This document shows positions 60,906 to 64,000 of a stretch of DNA of 64,000 nt, one piece after another. The position numbers were made by a program, and so were the translations under genes. Position 1 is the first letter of the stretch, and each line of letters starts with the position of its first letter. This DNA is from Squalus acanthias (lineage: Eukaryota), in the NCBI GenBank assembly GCA_030390025.1, contig CM059431.1:126916001-126980000 (forward strand). Direction: 5' to 3'. Under the pieces are notes generated by a model, which did not search any database, had not been told where the DNA came from, and was given only the letters and a program-made list of their open reading frames with translations.

Positions 60906-62539
60906 TGTAGAATTCGCAATTATCGCGATTTCATTTTTTAATAAGGAGAAAACACAAAGTTTCGTTCAAAACAGCTTTTATTTCAGCGAAATGCTGTCAG
61001 GTTTAAATTGGACACAAGCAGCCGGTAAAATGGCCGCCGCACCGCGTGACAGAACATTCTAGACTTTTCAGCAGGCAGACAAGATGGCGTTCCAATAAAC
61101 ATTCTTGCAGGATCGATAACGATTCAGCACAGTGAAGACAATACACAGGACATTATGGGTTTACAGTATAAACATCGATACTGGAATCGGTCTCCCAGGT
61201 ACAAAGGAAAGCCATCAAGGGCCCATCCAAAGGACATTAATATGTAAACTCCCAACGGCTCTACGATGAGAGAGCCGTTAGCAGGTAGTTATACAGGACA
61301 CTTGGAAGCCCCAAACCCCTCCAGGGGGAACACCGACCGATTTAACAATGGGAGAAATATTAACAGGTACTCAAACATTCAGGAGTAGCCCCGAAACCCA
61401 TTAAGGACAGAGATCACCCATACAGGACTTTTGGGCGCCAAACCTTAAACAAAAGAATGGACATTGTAGTTGGGCGGGAAACGGAAGAACTGTGCACTAT
61501 AATTGCAGGCCCAAACCGTCCATTCGCTCTCTGGCCTCTTGCTCTTTTGCTCTTGACTCTTGTCGCTTGCTGCTGTTATCATCGTGGCTGCTCCTGTGTT
61601 TTATCCGGTCGATTCGTAACCTCGTGGCTGCTCCTGGGTAAAAGACTGTTGCAAAGACCTATGTTGGTAGCTGGCAGCGGAACCGAAGGCCCGGGATGAG
61701 ATGAGATGAGATGAGATGAGATGAGAGGAGAAGAGAAGAAGACCTTATCCATCGCCACGGTCAGTAAATCCCGACCGCGCCTGTAGGTCGATCAGCCAAG
61801 TCTTCTCGACAGGAAGTTTTCTTCTTTAACAAGACATATTGCATCAATGATAACTGGACTGTGCAAACACATCGTATCAGTGATATTGGCAACGGTGCTC
61901 CACGATTAAACTTTGAAGCCCACCAACAGAGGTCTTCACTACAGCGGACGGTCCAGCCGACTGACCGAGCAGCAGAAGCAGTAAACAAGTGGGACCAGGA
62001 GATCTCCTGACCAACACGTGGGTGCTGCGGTGAAAAACATCCGATCAGCTATTCGGGATTTCTCCGAGTTATTACGAGTGGTGAGCATGAGTCTCGGGAT
62101 CCTACGAAGCTAGTTTTAGGATAGTTATTGATAGGGGAGGGTTTAAAGTTTAAGGATATTTGTAATGTGTGCCCTATTTACGTTGTGCTGGTCGTTCCTC
62201 GTTTCCCTAAGAGTGATTATAACTGTTTGTAAGATTGTACTGTCATTAATCTGTGCATATGACATGTATTTCATAATTTTAAGTATCATGCAATAAAGAT
62301 TTTCCATTTCGTACCGTTCAAACCAAGTCTACATGAGTTTTATCTCCATTACTGCTCTCGCATCTAAGTCCAGTGTCTAGAACCGTAAGGGAGAGTGATT
62401 CGAACCACTCACAGGGGTGTCTAGTGTTCCCAGACTGGCTGGAGACCAGGCCTAGACCCGCACTGACATACAGGCTGCACAGAGCCGCGTGAATCTCACA
62501 GGCTACGAGACACGCAGGGTCAGGAGAGTATCCCTTACA
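60906..62539 (+). repeat. ERV-C 5' LTR, 1634 bp
   Basis: TGTAGAAT...CCCTTACA, colinear with the solo LTR 26560-28165. Contains (GATGA)n at ~61695-61725 and AATAAA at 62292-62297. Followed by PBS and gag. Confidence 0.93.
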
Positions 62540-62543
62540 GAAA

Positions 62544-64000
62544 ATGGCGACCGCGGCAGGACACTGGCAGCGAGAGGGTAGTGTGTTAGATTTTGGAATG
62601 ACTGTACGAAATGTGATGCAGGAAAAGATAGCGGATTACGTATTTGGAAAGGTTAATCTAACGAAAAAGTGGATAAGCGAATTGTTAGCGGATAAGAGCC
62701 CACTAGAGGCAGCTGAAAGGTGGACGGATAGTAAGGAGCATAAAAAAGCAGTTGAGAAAGCAGTCTGGCTTATGTGCTACAAAAGGCAGGTTCAGATTTC
62801 AAACCAGACCAATACAGCGCTAACCGCTCGAATCAAGCAGTTAGAGGAGGAAATGGAGGAGAAGGTTTCTGGAGGGGAGGCGCTCATTAAGAGTTTAAAT
62901 GAGTTACGCCAGGAAAGCCAGGAAGTCTCCAGTTACCTTAAAACAAGGGTAGAGTATCTCGAGTGCCAGATCACTGAAGCAAAATTAAACGAGAGTAGGA
63001 TGAAGGAAAGATGTAACCGTCAAGCTGCCCAGATAAGAACTCAAGAAGAGAGCTTAATGGGGGTTAGGTCGGCGTATAAGTTGGCCCTTGAGGATAAGTT
63101 TCAGGGAGCCGACCATAGCGCCTGCGAAAAAGAGATAGAGAGCCTCAAAAAGGCCGTGAATAATGCGAACGGCATGGTGTGCCTTATTAATCCGTCGGCA
63201 CGCCAGCCGCTAGTAAATGAGAGATTTAGAAATTCCCCACCAAGTAAAGCAGAAGAAGTAGTAGCCAGTGCGCCCTCCGCGCCACCCAGCTATTCAGAAA
63301 CCTGGGTTAGGGAGGAAGCAACGGAAGAAGCAAAAGAGCCCGTTGAAAAGGAGGTAGAAAAGGGATCGTTGTATCCAGTAACGGGGATTAAAAGGGGCCC
63401 AAGCAGAAACGGTGGGGAAGAACCGGGGGATCTCCTCGGACAGCTGGTGTTGCCTCACAGTTCACATCAGCTGAGGGCCATGATAAACCACGTAAGGAAG
63501 CTGACCGAGATAGACGACCCTTCCGTACATTTTAGGGAAGTTGAGCAAGCCGCAGCCATCAACGGCTGCGATGATGGGGAGACAGCAAAAATGCTGCTGT
63601 TCTCTTTAGATAGCTCGGTCCTTCAGTGTCTCTCAGGCGATAGCAAGAGGGGTAATAAAAGTTATGAGGAATTGAAAAATGAGGTCCTAGAAGTAGTGGG
63701 AGCGAACGACGGAGGTCCGTTTGCTAGAGTGGGACAGACAGTGCAGATGGAGGGAGAACCCCCGAAGGTTTTTGCCGACAGGCTGTGGCCAGTATATGAG
63801 CGCAGCTGTCTAGGTGCGCCCGAGCGCGAAGATGTGGAAGGCGCCGCTTTAATTCATTGGCTTAGGTGCATAATAGCCAACAGTTTACCAGCCGTTAGAG
63901 AGCAGGCAAAAGCCTGGTTCGATCCCAATGACCTCAACCTTACGGAAGAGTCGGTCTTGAATCGACTCACGTTAGGTTACCGTAACATAAGGGGTATGGC
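62544..64000 (+). CDS. gag: ERV-C Gag, open to the window edge (ATG 62544 or 62598; at least 467 codons); absent from the ORF track
   Basis: Hand translation shows no stop: MTVRNVMQEKIADYVFGKVN..., a long coiled coil, DHSACEKEIESLK, late motif PSAPPSY and MHR-like QTVQMEGEPPKVFADRLW. Confidence 0.9.
   Translation, partial: MATAAGHWQREGSVLDFGMTVRNVMQEKIADYVFGKVNLTKKWISELLADKSPLEAAERWTDSKEHKKAVEKAVWLMCYKRQVQISNQTNTALTARIKQLEEEMEEKVSGGEALIKSLNELRQESQEVSSYLKTRVEYLECQITEAKLNESRMKERCNRQAAQIRTQEESLMGVRSAYKLALEDKFQGADHSACEKEIESLKKAVNNANGMVCLINPSARQPLVNERFRNSPPSKAEEVVASAPSAPPSYSETWVREEATEEAKEPVEKEVEKGSLYPVTGIKRGPSRNGGEEPGDLLGQLVLPHSSHQLRAMINHVRKLTEIDDPSVHFREVEQAAAINGCDDGETAKMLLFSLDSSVLQCLSGDSKRGNKSYEELKNEVLEVVGANDGGPFARVGQTVQMEGEPPKVFADRLWPVYERSCLGAPEREDVEGAALIHWLRCIIANSLPAVREQAKAWFDPNDLNLTEESVLNRLTLGYRNIRGM
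62545..62562 (+). promoter_or_regulatory. ERV-C primer binding site, tRNA-Arg(TCG)
   Basis: TGGCGACCGCGGCAGGAC is an 18/18 complement of the recalled tRNA-Arg(TCG) 3' end ...GTCCTGCCGCGGTCGCCA. Confidence 0.9.

Overview
This is eukaryotic DNA, almost certainly from a cartilaginous fish (shark). That inference rests on HE1/V-type and SacSINE1/Deu-type SINEs, CR1 LINEs with (TTTCTATG)n or (ATTCTGTG)n tails and many Harbinger elements. The window is almost entirely transposable elements and I found no supportable host gene. The core is a 25-kb nest. An older minus-strand endogenous retrovirus (ERV-B, 3572-28733, TSD GTGT, tRNA-Arg PBS) sits in a LINE. It contains a MITE, a LINE, a young second provirus (ERV-A, 7638-18465, TSD ATATC, tRNA-Ser PBS, gamma-type env), an intact two-gene Harbinger and a 1.6-kb solo LTR. 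ERV-A itself carries a SINE and a second intact Harbinger. The right end holds a third provirus (ERV-C, from 60906) with a 1.63-kb LTR and an open gag frame of at least 467 codons that the ORF track misses. ERV-B, ERV-C and the solo LTR form one family: Arg PBS, coiled-coil Gag, PBS in frame with gag and, in ERV-B, a long Cys-rich non-gamma TM subunit. This looks lokiretrovirus-like or foamy/SnRV-like, which is an inference needing an RT phylogeny. Also present are two more Harbingers, several Harbinger-type MITEs, a near full-length CR1 with 77-bp 5' monomers, and a Penelope fragment with a minimal hammerhead ribozyme motif. All alignments and counts were done by eye.
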